From contig NC_043008.1 of NCBI RefSeq assembly GCF_006345805.1, positions 18,600,001 to 18,664,000 on the forward strand: a DNA stretch of 64,000 nt, in the 5' to 3' direction. Shown one piece after another: positions 13,634 through 27,966 of this stretch (position 1 is the first letter of the stretch; every line of letters starts with the position of its first letter). The notes under the pieces were generated by a model. That model saw nothing but the letters and a program-made list of their open reading frames with translations. It had not been told where the DNA came from and searched no databases. The DNA is from Octopus sinensis (Eukaryota). The position numbers and the translations under genes are program-made.

Positions 13634-13650
13634 TTTAATATTTTAATATT

Positions 13651-13683
<33 letters not shown>

Positions 13684-14058
13684 TAATTATATATAATTTT
13701 AATATTTATATATAATTTTAATATTTATATATATAATTTTAATATTTAATATATATATATATATATATAATATATATAACATAGAGAGAGACAGACAGAC
13801 ACACAGAGGGAAGAGGAAGGGTGATGAGAGTTAATAGATGAGATCAAAGCAATATTTATACAGAAAACACTTCGTAGCAATCAAAAGATTTGAACTTACA
13901 TACTTACACTTCGAAATCTTTACCGAGTTCGCGGGGAAAAAAGTGGCTATAAGGAGAATCGAAGAGAGCAGATATGGAGACAATGAGGCAATTAAAGGGA
14001 TAAAACTCGTTGGGTTTGATATACAGAATGTATTTACGTGTATACATATGATATAACA

Positions 14059-14095
<37 letters not shown>

Positions 14096-14096
<1 letters not shown>

Positions 14097-14493
14097 CTTA
14101 TATATAAAAGTCAAGGTGTGTGTCTGTCTCCTACGATTTAGATTCCTAACTACTCCCACATTTTGCGGTGCAGTTTAACCAAAACCAGGTATCTTATAGT
14201 CGTGATTCATATCGAGCCCTTCTGGGTATTAGCGCGCATCTACGATGAGTCTACGATTTAAAAAACAATTTACCATCATTTTTTCCATTTTAATGCATTT
14301 TTCTCGCTATTATATAAGGGAAGTAACTCTCTAAAATGTCTACGATGAGTCAACGATTAAAAAAAAAAAATTACGATCATTTTTTTTTCCCATTTTTAAT
14401 GCATTTTTTGCTATTTTTTGGCTATAACTCTCTAAAAAGGCTTATATAGTTATTTCCCTTACAAACCCTAGCAACGCCGGGCGATACTGCTAG
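14096..14493 (+). mobile_element. Non-autonomous Helitron
   Basis: A|TC 5' end, subterminal hairpin AGCAACGCCGGGCGATACTGCT, CTAG|T 3' end, no TSD; internal ~100-bp-period direct repeat. Confidence 0.8.
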
Positions 14494-15349
14494 TATATAT
14501 ATATATATATAATTGTGAATCATCTGAAAATCTGTTTGCTTTTTCTTTATTCACATGCATATATGTATTTATATTCTGTATATCAAGCGCAAGGAGTTTT
14601 ATCTGTTTATTTGTATCATAGTTTTTGTATACATACATATATACATACATGCATATATGGATGGATGGATGGATGGATGGATGGAGAGATGCAGGGATGT
14701 TTGTATGCATACAGAATGAGTGGAATTTCAACATATCAATGCCCTAAGCTCTCGTAATTCGAGCAAAAACAAAATTACAGATTCAAAACATCTCATAACT
14801 ACCCGTAATATACAATTTAAATCAACTGAAGTTTATTTAATATTCTGATAACTATACTAATGTTCAACATACATTTCCCCCCTCCTATATTTCCGTATAT
14901 TGCCAACATTATTTCCATTAAACACCACTACACCTGTTCACCTATGTATCACCTTTAGTATTAATTCATCTCTTCATCTACTTCTCACTTATTTGACCTT
15001 TGTTACATAACATACAACTTCTAGCGTATGTGATAACAATTGATAATTAATTTTTAATGTTATTCTTTGAAAATCACGCCAGGATCCTTTGTTCATATTA
15101 CGTTCTATATCAAAATTAGATAGCAGACTTTATATCTTTGATTCTACCGTATATATTCTTGCAGATTTTACTTACATGACCTTTACTATAAAACAACTGT
15201 CCATAAATGTAAAATCTATTGTCAAATGTATTAATAAACACTTCGAAATTTCGAATATTATTAAATATATATAATTGCAGTAATGACTACGGCGCTATGA
15301 TTTGTACATTTAGTACGTTATATTTCTGCCACCCATCTCGTCCTCTCAC

Positions 15350-15465
15350 TTGTGTAGGTGTCGAGATCTGTCTTGTAACAACGTCGCCATTTCTCAACGA
15401 ATTTTTGCCAAACGTCGCAGAGAGATCCAACTTGAACCCGAACTGCAGCACGAAGAAAACCCCAG
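15350..15465 (-). CDS. Candidate internal exon (116 nt, unassigned)
   Basis: On the minus strand a pyrimidine tract and AG acceptor precede it and a GTGAGA donor follows it; two frames are open. No homology recognised. Confidence 0.2.
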
Positions 15466-16042
15466 CTTTGTGATAATTTTAAGGAAAAAATAAAGGAAGA
15501 ATAAAGGAGATTGAGAATTGAAATGGTTAGAATGGTTGACATTAAGCGTTGAGTTCTTCTGGTGCTTTTTGTCGAAGTCAGGAATTTTGTCTATTTTGTA
15601 TCCAGTTCTGGATGACTTTGAACCTTGCCTAGTATCTCCTATGATGTTGCTCTAAGGATTATACAGCAAACACAGCGCATAAAAAAATACTAAAATTACG
15701 CTCTCCAATATGTTCTTGTCTCAAACACTCGTGCAGTGTTTTTCAAACAGTGCCACGCATCGAATTGGTACCCAAGACGTAACTAAGGGCACCGCGGATT
15801 TAAAAAAAAATATGATTTAAGACGAGAAAATTTATTCTAACGTCTTCGCGTCATTATAATAGGATGATAACGATGACGAAGATGATGATGATGACAATGA
15901 TAAAGACGACGATTATGATGATGATGGCAATGGTGGTGTTGTATAGTTACGATGACGGCAAGGAAGAAGTAACCAGGTTCGTGATTATGACCATAAGGAA
16001 CAAGGTAAACGTCACAATGACATTGAGAATGTTGACAAAGGT

Positions 16043-16790
16043 TAATAATCCTTTAGACCATAGGCACAAGGCCTGAAATTTGTGGGGAGGGGATTAGTCA
16101 ATCCCATCGACCCCATTACTTCACTAGTAATTAATTTATTGATCCCGAAATAATGAAAAGCAAAGTCGACCTCGGTGGAGTTTGAACTCAGAACGTAGCG
16201 ACAGGGGAAATACCTATTTCTTTATTACCCACAAGGGGCTAAACACAGAGGGGACAAACAAGGACAGACATAGGTATTAAGTCGATTACATCGACCCCAG
16301 TGCGTAACTAGTACTTAATTTATCGACCCCGAAAGGATGAAAGGCAAAGTCGACCTCGGCGGAATTTGAACTCAGAACGTAGCGGCAGACGAAATACCTA
16401 TTTCTTTATTACCCACAAGGGGCTAAACACAGAGGGGACAAACAAGGACAGACATAGGTATTAAGTCGATTACATCGACTCCAATGCGTAACTGGTATTT
16501 ATTTAACCGACCCCGAAAGGATGAAAGGCAAAGTCGACCTCTGTGGAATTTGAACTCAGAATGTAACGGCAGACGATATACCGCTCAACATTTCACCCGG
16601 CCTGCTAACGTTTCTGCCAGCTCGCCGCCTTAGACAAAAATGTTAATAATCCCTTCTATTATTTAGAAAAGGGAGGTAGTCGATTACATCGACCCCAGCA
16701 GGCAACTGGTACTTAATTTATCGACCCCGAAAGAATGAAAGGCAAAGTCGACCTCGATTCCGCCAGCTCGCCGCTTTAGACAAAGGTTAA
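16043..16790 (-). mobile_element. SINE family A cluster: one head with tandem ~184-bp body modules, plus a deleted copy
   Basis: Repeated GGCAAAGTCGACCTCGGCGGAATTTGAACTCAGAACGT modules; the head ends ...CTGCCAGCTCGCCGCC (16630); flanking direct repeat GACAAAGGTTAATAAT at 16034-16049 and 16779-16794. Confidence 0.9.
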
Positions 16791-17523
16791 TAATGCTGAC
16801 TATACTCATCTAGGTCTTCCTTAATATCATCATCGTCTTCGTCGTCGTTGTCGTCGTAGTAGTAGTCTTATTTGCTGTACTTTCATTGAGAGGAAAACAA
16901 AAAATCAAGAACAAGACAAACATTAAGCGAGAAGAAAATAGGAAGAAAAAGACAAACGAACTAAGATAAAGAAGGAAAGAAAAACAAAGAATTAATGTAT
17001 GTTACATCTTCAGACTAAACACGAAACCAATTTATATGTTAAGTAATAGTTTATCCATTGACGTCAACAAGGCTGGATTTACAGCTATTAATATCGCAGG
17101 TCAACGCTTTGCTTTATATATGTGAGATGTTATCGTTAGGCCTCACTCATCGTAAAATAAATACCACCATGAACGATATCTAAACTACAGTGGTAAAGAC
17201 TAACCACTGGATTTGTTGGTAAAGAGACGATGAGCGATGGCTGATAGTATATTGAGCTTTGTTTAATAACCAGTTGACCTAGCAAGCGGGGCCTCATATC
17301 AGTAAGGGGGCAATGATACTGCCGAGAGGTTCCCCGAAACGGCGCGCATTCTCCCTTGAGGACCCCATACACTCGCTGGTTTCCGGAACTCTCGACTGAT
17401 ATCACTTGCATGTGCGAGTGTTTGTGTGTGTATATATATATATTTGTACGTATGTATACATAAACTCATTAAATATATATATATGTATATACTTTAAATT
17501 GTCTCAGCTTTACAGCTGTTATC

Positions 17524-17589
<66 letters not shown>

Positions 17590-17642
17590 ATAGTCTCCTC
17601 CCCCAAAACTTCAAGCCTAGTGCCTTTAGTAGAAAGGTTTAA

Positions 17643-17679
<37 letters not shown>

Positions 17680-18025
17680 GAGCATGAGAGCAGCGCACGC
17701 TATTTAGCGTACACATTTAGCGTACACATTAGCGTACACATATACGAAGCCCAAATATACCCATTATGACTACCCGTCTGGTAAGGGTATACCAGGCACA
17801 TGCATCACAACAATATGTGCGCAACATAGTGATCTTATATCAAAATAAACCGCGCATGACCTTACAGATGGGGCTCAGTTACAATATTCTTTGGGTTGTG
17901 TGTCCATCCTACACAAAAGGTCCCTTAATAAGGATTGATTAAGGATGATCAATGAAACACCCAGGTTTCCAGAGTTGAATTATCCAAACCCCAGATAATT
18001 CTTCACTCCATATGGCTATCAGGCA
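17643..18025 (-). mobile_element. Probable 3' end of a retroposon with an (AAT)n tail
   Basis: An (ATT)n run abuts a mixed-composition block that resembles a common octopus interspersed repeat (from recall, not searched). Confidence 0.4.
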
Positions 18026-18419
18026 GAGAAAGGCTAAAATCAAATACAATCCGATATGCATAATATGTACGTCAAACAGAAACAAGGAAACAAGGAAACA
18101 GAAGGGAAAGAAACAGAGATAGAAAATTATAAATCAGTCTGCCACATTTTGAATGAGAAATGTGTTCATTCTTGGTTTGAACTTGAGCTAAACAACCACG
18201 AGTTGGCCACTGCCACTTCAACCACTGATCCTGTAAATACAGTTGTCTACGATAATTTATCAACTCGACTGAACAGTTCAACATTTACTTAAACTGTCGC
18301 AGACATGTTATTAATATTTTAACAAAATATCTTGACTTTTATGTATTTCAAAGATTATAATGTCGTCTGAAAGTGAACATGTGTGCACGTATGTATACGT
18401 GTGTGTGCATGTGTGTGTA

Positions 18420-18691
18420 GCATATATGTCTGTGCGTATATATATATATATAATATATATATAATATATATTATATATATATTCAAATATATACATATCC
18501 ATGTATATATATATATTTATGTATATATATATATATATATATATATTCAAGTATATACATATCCATATATATATATTCATATATATATATACATATATAC
18601 ATATATATTTAAATATATATATATATATATATATATTCATATATGTATGTATATATATATATACATATATTTATGTATATATATATTTATG

Positions 18692-18724
<33 letters not shown>

Positions 18725-18832
18725 TGTATGTATATGCATATATATATTTAAATCTATAAAAATTTATCCAAGCATGAAAACACAAAGAGAAAACACAACG
18801 CGAGGACGTGGAGCAAGTATAGTGTGATATAT

Positions 18833-18886
<54 letters not shown>

Positions 18887-18890
18887 AACG
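18420..18890. repeat. (TA)n compound microsatellite with internal duplications
   Basis: Directly visible. Confidence 0.9.
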
Positions 18891-19278
18891 TTTATTTAGC
18901 ATAACAATCATATCATGTGGTTAGTATCTAAAATTCCGTGTAGGTAATAATTATTATAGGTCGATCTGATGTTAACCATTCATCCTTTGTTCACTTTATC
19001 TTTTCACTCGTTCTAGAGTCAGTTTTGACTGATATTTCTAGCATGGTGGTGCCTCTTCTCTACCCGTGATCATAATATGTTTGGTGCTTGTGTGTGTATT
19101 ATGGTGATCAGAATTATATAACCTTGCCCAAGTTGCTATGCATCTATCATAAGTGTTCTTAAACTTGCAATATGCATTAGAAAGCACGAGCAGTTTGTGG
19201 TAACAGCACGAGATTTCCTATAGCTGCAATAAAGGACTTAATATATATCTTATTTCTTTGTTTTTAATAAAAGCTCAG

Positions 19279-19694
19279 GGATCTTTTCGGTTTGATCGGC
19301 AGTTTTTAACATAATTTCTAGGTAACTAAAAAATTTTAAACTTCGTATATTGGTAGAATGTGTTTATAAAACATCTTTTTCTCTTGGCTTTACTGAGAAA
19401 ATTCTGTAGTTTGTAAGATATTTGTTATTTTTTCTTCAATTTCTGCAATTTCAACTAATCACTGACGTCTATTGAGGTAAAAAAAACATTCTGGGCCGTA
19501 TGAATATGTCCCTCGTTTAAGAAACAGATTGGGTTTATTTACATTTGTGAAGAAAAAAAGATACCCTTCCCCCACCCCTAACCCTAACCCTAAAACAGGT
19601 TGAAATGCAATAGATCGATACTAGGGTCATAATTATGAATGACAGTTTCATATGACACCGCTAGAAGAAACTGCCGTTCAAACCGAAAAGATCC
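19279..19694. mobile_element. MITE with 27-bp TIRs and 9-bp TSD (MULE- or Merlin-like)
   Basis: GGATCTTTTCGGTTTGATCGGCAGTTT ... AAACTGCCGTTCAAACCGAAAAGATCC (1 mismatch); TSD AAAGCTCAG / AAAGTTCAG; (CCCTAA)3 inside at 19576-19593. Confidence 0.8.
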
Positions 19695-20075
19695 AAAGTT
19701 CAGTGCTCATGGTATCGCACATCACTCCTGGACAGGTGAGATAGACGCTATCAATTTCCTTCTTGAACATTTGGAAGTAGCTATTATGGAAACAGGTATG
19801 AGCAAGGAGGATATTTGAGAGAGAGACGATATTTTGGGGAGGAAGAGCTAAGAAAATGATTAGTGAGTCACTACAAATAGACTCAAAGTGGAGGTTAAGT
19901 GAAGGGAGAGACCTGTGGAGAGTCCATCTTAATAATTGTAAAAGTATCTTAGAGAAGGGACAAGGTACTAACACGTGAGAGGCTAGGGCGTGTCTGTGAG
20001 TGGTTTTATGCCAATTAGTTGGGATGTTCACACTCTGTATTTCTACATAATTCTATTGTAGTACTATGTATCTTA

Positions 20076-20411
20076 CTCGCGGTCGTAGGATCGCGGTTTC
20101 GATTCCCAGACCGGGCGTTGTGAGTGTTTATTGAGCGAAAACACCTAAAGCTCCGCGAGGCTCCGGCAGGGATGGTGGTGATCCCTGCTGTACTCTTTCA
20201 CCACAACTTTCTCTCATTCTTACTTCCTGTTTCTGTTGTACCTGTATTTCAAAGGTCCGGCCTTGTCACTCTCTGAATATCCCCGAGAACTACGTTAAGG
20301 GTACACGTGTCTGTGGAGTGCTTAGCCACTTACACGTTAATTTCACGAGCAGGCTGTTCCGTTGATCGGATCAACCGGAACCCTCGTCGTCGTAACCGAC
20401 GGAGTGCTTCC
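20076..20411 (+). mobile_element. tRNA-derived SINE family C, 5'-truncated, with 13-bp TSD
   Basis: TSD ACTATGTATCTTA at 20063-20075 and 20412-20424; head homologous to 36681. Confidence 0.9.
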
Positions 20412-21048
20412 ACTATGTATCTTATAAGCGATATCGTTTGTCGATAAGAATTAAATGGTTTTGAAATGGACACCTCATCATGTATCAAATGTCGATCCGC
20501 TAATACATTGTTCAGCTACCGCCATAATGTAATATGAGAAACTAATATGATTACGTCTATGGGATAGCATTCTTCCAATGCTATCTAGTATAAGTAATTA
20601 TATATGTCTCCCTTGACAAATTGGCAATTGTAATTATTTCATATTTCGATACTGATGTCACAGTATGATCGCAACGATCCATAATAACTGTGGCTCAATG
20701 TTTGATACTGAGCGTTAACTACATTTCGAAAATACGTAATCGTCACGGGAATATTTCACTAAGCTGTAAATTAGTTTACATGATACGGCTTGCAACTATG
20801 ATTACCAAGACTGCTGTACCGAGTTCAAATCGAACCGTGGAATACATGTTGATTATCTATACACCTAAAATGAAGTGGATTATACTATCAAACACTGACG
20901 GGTGAAACCGTTTAATAAGTGATGTTTTTACTCTACCCATCATATTTCTATAACACAAATTCTAATGTTAATACAGGAGTTATGAGTTTGCATCCAAGAG
21001 TGTTTTTAATATATTGTTACCTACTATAATTTATATAGGTATCCATGA

Positions 21049-21280
21049 AGGCGGCGAGCTGGCAAAATCGTTAGCACGCCGGGCGAAATGCTTAGGAACA
21101 TTTCGTCTGTCGTTACGTTCTGAGTTCAAATTCCGCCGAGGTCGACTTTCCCTTTCATCCTTTCGGGGTCGATTAAATAAGAACCAGTTTCGCACTGAGG
21201 TCGATTTAATTGACTCGATCCCTTTGTCTGTCCTTGTTTTTCCCCTCTATGTTTAGCCCCTTGTGGGCAGTAAAGAAATA
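21049..21280 (+). mobile_element. SINE family A, full length
   Basis: GGCGGCGAGCTGGCAAAATCGTTAGCACGCCGGGCGAAATG...GTTCAAATTCC...AAAGAAATA. Confidence 0.92.
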
Positions 21281-21747
21281 TATAATTTATATATGTATCC
21301 ATTTCGGGACTCCCCATTATATTACCTATCAAACATCTTCACAAATCCTTCACATTTTCATGATATGAACTAGACTATTGTGTGTGAGTGTATTATTTTC
21401 CCTACCTTAATCCTTTGTTTCACAAACTCATTTTTCCTGAGTTGTTCTCATCGTAACTCGTATATTATGTCACCTAAAATGTACGTTTCTCCATCCAAAT
21501 TAAGCTAGAGTTCTATAAGTCACTCGCGGCCATTTATAATTTCCCAGCCAACAACTCTCAGAAAATCAAATTGAAAATACACTTTATTGAACCGACCAAC
21601 TTTTCAATACATTGCTGTTTGAAGATGCCATAAATGCTTATCTCGGAAAATTATATTTTCTAGTAACCATCGGCATTACTTTCAGCTCTACTACCGCATA
21701 TTAAAACACTACACCGTTACGTAACAGCGTCGCTGTAACTACACCAC

Positions 21748-22146
21748 TAATAATCCTTTCTACTATAGGCACATGGTCAGAAATGTGGGGGAGGGGAGCA
21801 GTCGATTACATCAACCCCCAGTACTCAAGTGGTACTTATTTTATCGACGTCGAAAGGATGGAAGGTAAGAATCGACCTCGACGGAATTTGAACTCAGAAC
21901 GCGAAGACAAACGAAATACTTATTTCTTTACTACCCACAAGGGGCTAAACACAGAGGGGACAAACAAGGACAGACAAACGGATTAAGTCGATTATATCGA
22001 CCCCAGTGCGTAACTGGTACTTATTTAATCGACCCCGAAAGGATGAAAGGCAAAGTCGACCTCGGCGGAATTTGAACTCAGAACGTAACGACAGACGAAA
22101 TACTGCTAAGCATTTCGCCCTGCGCGCTAACGATTCTGCCAGATCG
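21748..22146 (-). mobile_element. SINE family A with a duplicated body module
   Basis: Reverse complement of the family A consensus; the second module joins at the AAAGAAATA/GTATTTCG junction. Confidence 0.9.
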
Positions 22147-23354
22147 ATAACTTGAGAATAGTTTCATACATACACAGGGCTACATTTAGTAATGGAAAAT
22201 TGTAGTAAACCCAAGAAAAAAATTAGCATTACATTACAACTAGCACTGCATCATTACAATTCCACAACTGTTATTACCACCAGTTCGCAGGCACACATAC
22301 CAGCACCAAGACCTACAGTCACAAATACATAAATACATATATTATAATGCTATGACGTCTGCTATCGAACGATAGATAATGCTATATACTCAACTCCAGC
22401 TACTACCAAATTTAATCCATCATAATCCTGTAGATTTTCCAACGCCATCACAGCCACAATTACAACCGCGCTAATACACCCTCCCCCCCACACACACACA
22501 CTTACTAAATAGTGTTAATGCCGATAACAAAATATTTCCCGTTCAAAGAAATATTTTCCAAAATATCCAAACCTGCTATTTGCTATTCCACCTCGCGGAT
22601 CTGGCGTTTTGTCATTTCGAAACATTATTCTTTGCTCCAACGCCAATAAATAGACTTTTGGCTTAAATACATCCAATATTAATATTTCTCTATCTGCCGC
22701 TAACTATCTTGATATTCTTGAGTAACAAAGCAAACAACCAAACCGCTTGTCTTCACTCTATATTATATGTATTGAATGAAATTTGGCATTCTGAAAATGT
22801 CTGCGACTTATATAATAAAATGGCAGGGATCCAGGCTATTTTTGATAAGCATCTTATTCAGTTCAATCTCAGAATTTAATACCTTCTTTGTTATCTTTGC
22901 GTGTCGCTACTGACAGTCATGGAACACTTTTGACATCAATCGAAAGACTGGCGTTTCGGATTTCGTCACTTTCACCAAGCTGTGCCCATAAGCTGGAAAT
23001 TTATATAGAGTGAAACAGTAAAATTTCTCAAGTGAAAACTCTATCTAGCTTTACCATTATCTTAGTTGTAGGCATATTTCACGGTTGTTAGTAACAGAAT
23101 CGTTTTATAATTAACCAGTATCTCTTAGATTAGTGATTTCGAGTTCAAATCAAATTCTCCTAAATTCTGTATCTACAGAAACATCACTATTGACATAATT
23201 ACAAGCAAACGGTTGTTCTACCTTGTCTGGAAGCAAATTCAATATTGATTAACAAGAGTTTATGCTGTACCATTTTTAATGTTTGAATATAAGTTTATGT
23301 GAATCTTAACAGCTGAGTTGGCTTCCATGTTCTTTGGTTTATCCACTTGTTTGA

Positions 23355-23570
<216 letters not shown>

Positions 23571-23865
23571 GGAGCACTTTTTTGATATACACACAAAGAA
23601 GCCTTAAGTTGATTCTTTTAAAAAAGTTCGATTCTGAATAGCGGCTGCTGGCCGCATTGTTCCGTCAAAAAAACTATTCCACAATCATTGTCTTGTATTC
23701 GAGATTTTCTTAATTTCCCCAAAATATATATACCTACATAACCGTAGATACATGCATGCATACATACACACTCACACTAAGCTAAACAAAACCACACCAA
23801 TCTGAAAGAAGGGCAATTGTCATGCGCAATATTTAATGATTAGATCCTCCCGCTCTTTTGTACGT

Positions 23866-24157
23866 TTTTTCCTTCTCGAGCCACGCCTGGCTCTTTAGGG
23901 CCGGTTTCCCGGTTTCCTTGGCGTATAGGTTCCCCACCTGGACGGGACGCTGGTCCATCGCAGGTGAGTTGCAAGATGCAGGAGGAAAGAGTGAGAGAAA
24001 GTTGTGGCAAAACAGTCAGCAGATGTTTCGTCATTACCTTCTGCCGGAGCTGCGTGGAGCTTAGGTGTTTTCGCTCATAAACACACACACGCCCGGTCTG
24101 AGATTTGAACCGGCAATCCCTCGACTGCTGCTCTAACCACTAGGCCACGTGTCTCCA
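23866..24157 (-). mobile_element. SINE (family C-related head, V-domain-like body) with 13-bp TSD
   Basis: TSD CTCTTTTGTACGT at 23853-23865 and 24158-24170; minus strand GGCCTAGTGGTTAGAGC...GGTTCAAATC, then TGCGATGGACCAGCGTCCCGTCCAGG. Confidence 0.88.
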
Positions 24158-25169
24158 CTCTTTTGTACGTAACTGCTACATATTTTATCGACTCCTCCTG
24201 TATTTACGAGCAGTAATATCGACGCCAGTGGTTTGTATTTCTATTCGGAAATCAGAGTTTAGAATTAAACACTCCATGTTCTTTAATCTTTTTCCTCTTT
24301 GTTACCATTTCTCCAACATCTTTTATATTCAAGAATTCGAATACATATCCTTCATTCTTTCGTTTTATCTTTGTCATTGTTATTCAGACAAGAATACGAA
24401 GGAAATAATTCTGCCTAAACCCTGCCATTTTATGTCTTTTTCTTTTAATAGTGCCTTAACAATAAAAGAGCCATAAAGATTCCAGGGGAAGTATATTTAC
24501 TTTGAATTTCATGGTTCCAAATTGGAAGATGTACTGTTGAAATTACATATATACTACGATTAATGGTTAATTCGAATTTCACAAATCCAAATATATTATA
24601 ATTAAAGTCAATCCCAAAATAACATTATATTGTAATTCTAAAAGCTTGTTTCCTAATTGAATTACTTCAATCCTTGTTTCCATGTTTTATTCTTCTATTT
24701 CAATTTTGGTTTCTTGTTTTTTTTTTGTTGTTGACTTTATTTTTCTGATTTTGTCGTTTTTATCTTGTTTTCATTTATTTATATCTGTTTTTAGATCTAA
24801 ATGTTTTCAAATGAAATATTCAGTTTGTTCCGATTAATTCTCACTTTAAATTGGTTATAAAATTACTCTACTAAGGAATGTTATTTCTTTTAAATAAATT
24901 TCATAAAGTAAAAGGTAAATTTTGGATTTTAAAGTGTTTTAAATAGAAGTTCATTATTATTGATTGCTAAAGCAGTAAAGTGTGTTCGTAATTAATTTAA
25001 GAAATTATTGCATAAGTAATTTCAATTCACTGACAGTAATTAAAAAGTTCATTGCAAATATTAAATAATAAAATAAAAGTAATTTTACAGGTGAAGTGAT
25101 TCTGCATCACAATTTCGATTCTCGTCAACTACAGTAATAACAAACGTCGTATTATCATAAATTTTACTT

Positions 25170-25740
25170 AGGTGACAAACTGACAGAATCGTTAACACGC
25201 CGGACGAAATGCGTAGCCGTATTTCGTCTGCTGTTACGTTCTGAGTTCAATTTCCGCCGAGGTCGACTTTGCCTTTTATCCTTTCGGGGTCGATAAATTA
25301 AGTACCAGTTACGCACTGGAGTCAATATAATCGACTTAATCCGTTTGTCTATCCTTGTTTGTCCTCTCTGTGTTTAGCCCCTTGTGGATAGTAAAGAAAT
25401 AGGTATTTCGTCTGCCATTACGTTTTGAGTTCAAATTCCGCCTTTCATCTTTTCGGAATCGATGAAATAAGTTCCAGTTGATCACTGGGGTCGATATAAT
25501 CAACTTAATCCGTGTGTCTGTCCTTGTTTGTCCCTTCTGTGTTTAGCCCCTTGTGGGTAGTAAAGAAATAGTTATTTCTTTCGATTTCACTTTCTGCATT
25601 CGAATTCCCCCAAAGTCTAAATCACCTTTCATCCTTTTCAGTTCGATTGAATAAGTACCAGTGAAACACCGGGGGGTGATTTAATCGTCTTCTACACCCC
25701 CACCCAAATGATTGACCTTGTATCAAAATTTGAAACCGAT
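25170..25740 (+). mobile_element. SINE family A with 2-3 tandem body modules
   Basis: Head followed by modules joined at AAAGAAATA|GGTATTTCGTC (~25400); the third module is degenerate. Confidence 0.88.
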
Positions 25741-26444
25741 ATATATCATTGCTTTTTTCATAACGTATTTAAGTTCCTTCAGTTCCATCAAATGAATGGG
25801 AAGTGTTTTCTTGATTCACCAGTATAATACAGCATCTGCCCAACGGGTTTTCAGGAAAAGTATGACTTCGCGAGATGTCTCAAGGGATTTTGCCAGCAGG
25901 AATTGTATATAAGGTAATTATATGCAAGGGATTGTTCGGGTATGTTTTGTATTCAGTTTTATGATCATTATATTAACATACAGACACACACACAGTCATA
26001 CATACACCCATACACATACCCATACACACACTGCTTATTCCCTAATGTATGGAATTCTTGGTATATGTATGTTGTCAAGAGTCTCAACAGGAAACATGAT
26101 ATTTAATTACAGAATGGTAAGGGAATTTAATTTGGACAAGGTTTGTTTACTATGGAATTTCTCATACGCTGTTATAGTGAGGCCTAATGGGTCTAGCACA
26201 ACCAAAACTTTCAAAAGTAGATAGACTTAATCTTTTACGAAATTTATATTTTTAAAATGAAAGAAAACGTTGATCTCTATTTATAAATACAAATCCTTCT
26301 CACTTCCTCTGTCTCTCGACCCTCTCCATCACTCCAATTGCAGGTACTACACCATATGTTATTGCTCACATTCTCCTACTTTCACTTCTAAATCACTCTA
26401 TGTCGTCTGCCTCCCTTCGCTTACTTACATGTTATATACACATG

Positions 26445-26580
26445 AACAAAACCTTTGTAAGCCAAGTACTTATTCTATCGGTCTCGTTTGCCGAACTGCT
26501 AAGTTACGGGGATATAAACATACCAGCATTGGTTGTCAAACGATGTTGGCGAGACAAACACAGACACACAAACATACACA
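26445..26580 (-). mobile_element. SINE family B 3' fragment
   Basis: Reverse complement of the B 3' half. Confidence 0.8.
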
Positions 26581-26702
26581 CATTCCAATGGTACAATAGC
26601 AATTAATAGTGTTCCCACACCCAACTCACTAATCATACTCATGAATAGAGAAGTATGTACATGTTTCTATCATCCAAGCCCTGACAGAGCAGGTTTCTGG
26701 GG

Positions 26703-26926
26703 TGTGTGTGTGTGTATGTTTGTGTGTCTGTGTTTGTCCCCCCAACATCGCTTGACAACCGATGCTGGTGTGTTTACGACCCCGTAACTAAGCGGTTCGG
26801 CAAAAGAGACAGATAGAATATGTACTAGGCTTACAAAGAATAAGTCCTGTGGTCGATTTGCTCGACTAAAGGCGGTGCACCAGCACGGCCACAGCCAAAT
26901 GATTGAAACAAGTAAAAGAGTAAAAG
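26703..26926 (+). mobile_element. SINE family B 3' half
   Basis: TGTGTTTGTCCCCCAACATCGCTTGACAACCG...AAACAAGTAAAAGAGTAAAAG. Confidence 0.88.
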
Positions 26927-27749
26927 TATGTATTTGTTCGACTTAGCCCTTCTTGGAGGTGCACCAGCGTGACCGTAATCTAGTAACTGACTATACGAGA
27001 TATTCAGCCCAAAGCATTCCGTACAGTAAATTTCTGGTTGAAGAACCGACCCCCATATTGATTTATTAAAGAAGATCACACATTTTTTGAGGGTACGGGA
27101 ATAGACGATCTACTGAACACTAGAAACCAAATGACATCCATCATTTAATAAACATATGAATGTATGTATACGTTTGGGTGCAATGGTATATGTTTGTGAA
27201 CAGCACATGCCAAGCACTACCACGTCCTAAATATGAGCATACGTTATATTTATATTTCATGCAAAAGTTTAGCAACAGCAGTTCCCTTTGTTATGGAAAC
27301 GATATAATGAAGCAAACCACATTATGTCTCAAGCGATTGTTTTCTATTAGCGTTACGCGCTGTAATTCAGTTCATATGAACAAGCTCTATGTCGATATAT
27401 AGTAACGTTTGATTTTTTTTTCCTTCCTATGTTTGTTTCGGATAGATTCGTGGGCATTTTCGTCATTTATTTAAATTTTGTTCCACTTGGGAAACTTCGT
27501 TTCAGTTGCAATTTTATTGTACCCCTAGGGTAGACATTTATCTTGCGTTTTATCGATCCGTTTCTCTCACTTTCCATATAAATTTCGTCGCTTACTTCTC
27601 TTTCATCCAATACATATAATTAAACGATGTACATGCATATAAACGTATATAATTAATGCATATTTTTGTTATTTAAAAAGAACGACAAAATATATACGTG
27701 AGTAATGTCTGTTTATATATATATAAATATTTAATGTATATATGCATGT

Positions 27750-27752
27750 AAG

Positions 27753-27808
<56 letters not shown>

Positions 27809-27910
27809 ATACATATATATATATATATATAATGGATATATACAAGTGTATATATCTATCTATATATACACTTGTATATATCCATTATATATATATATAT
27901 ATATATGTAT

Positions 27911-27966
<56 letters not shown>

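Noticed and set aside
19576-19593. Telomere or chromosome-fusion scar
   Set aside because: Only three repeats, located inside a TIR-bounded element.
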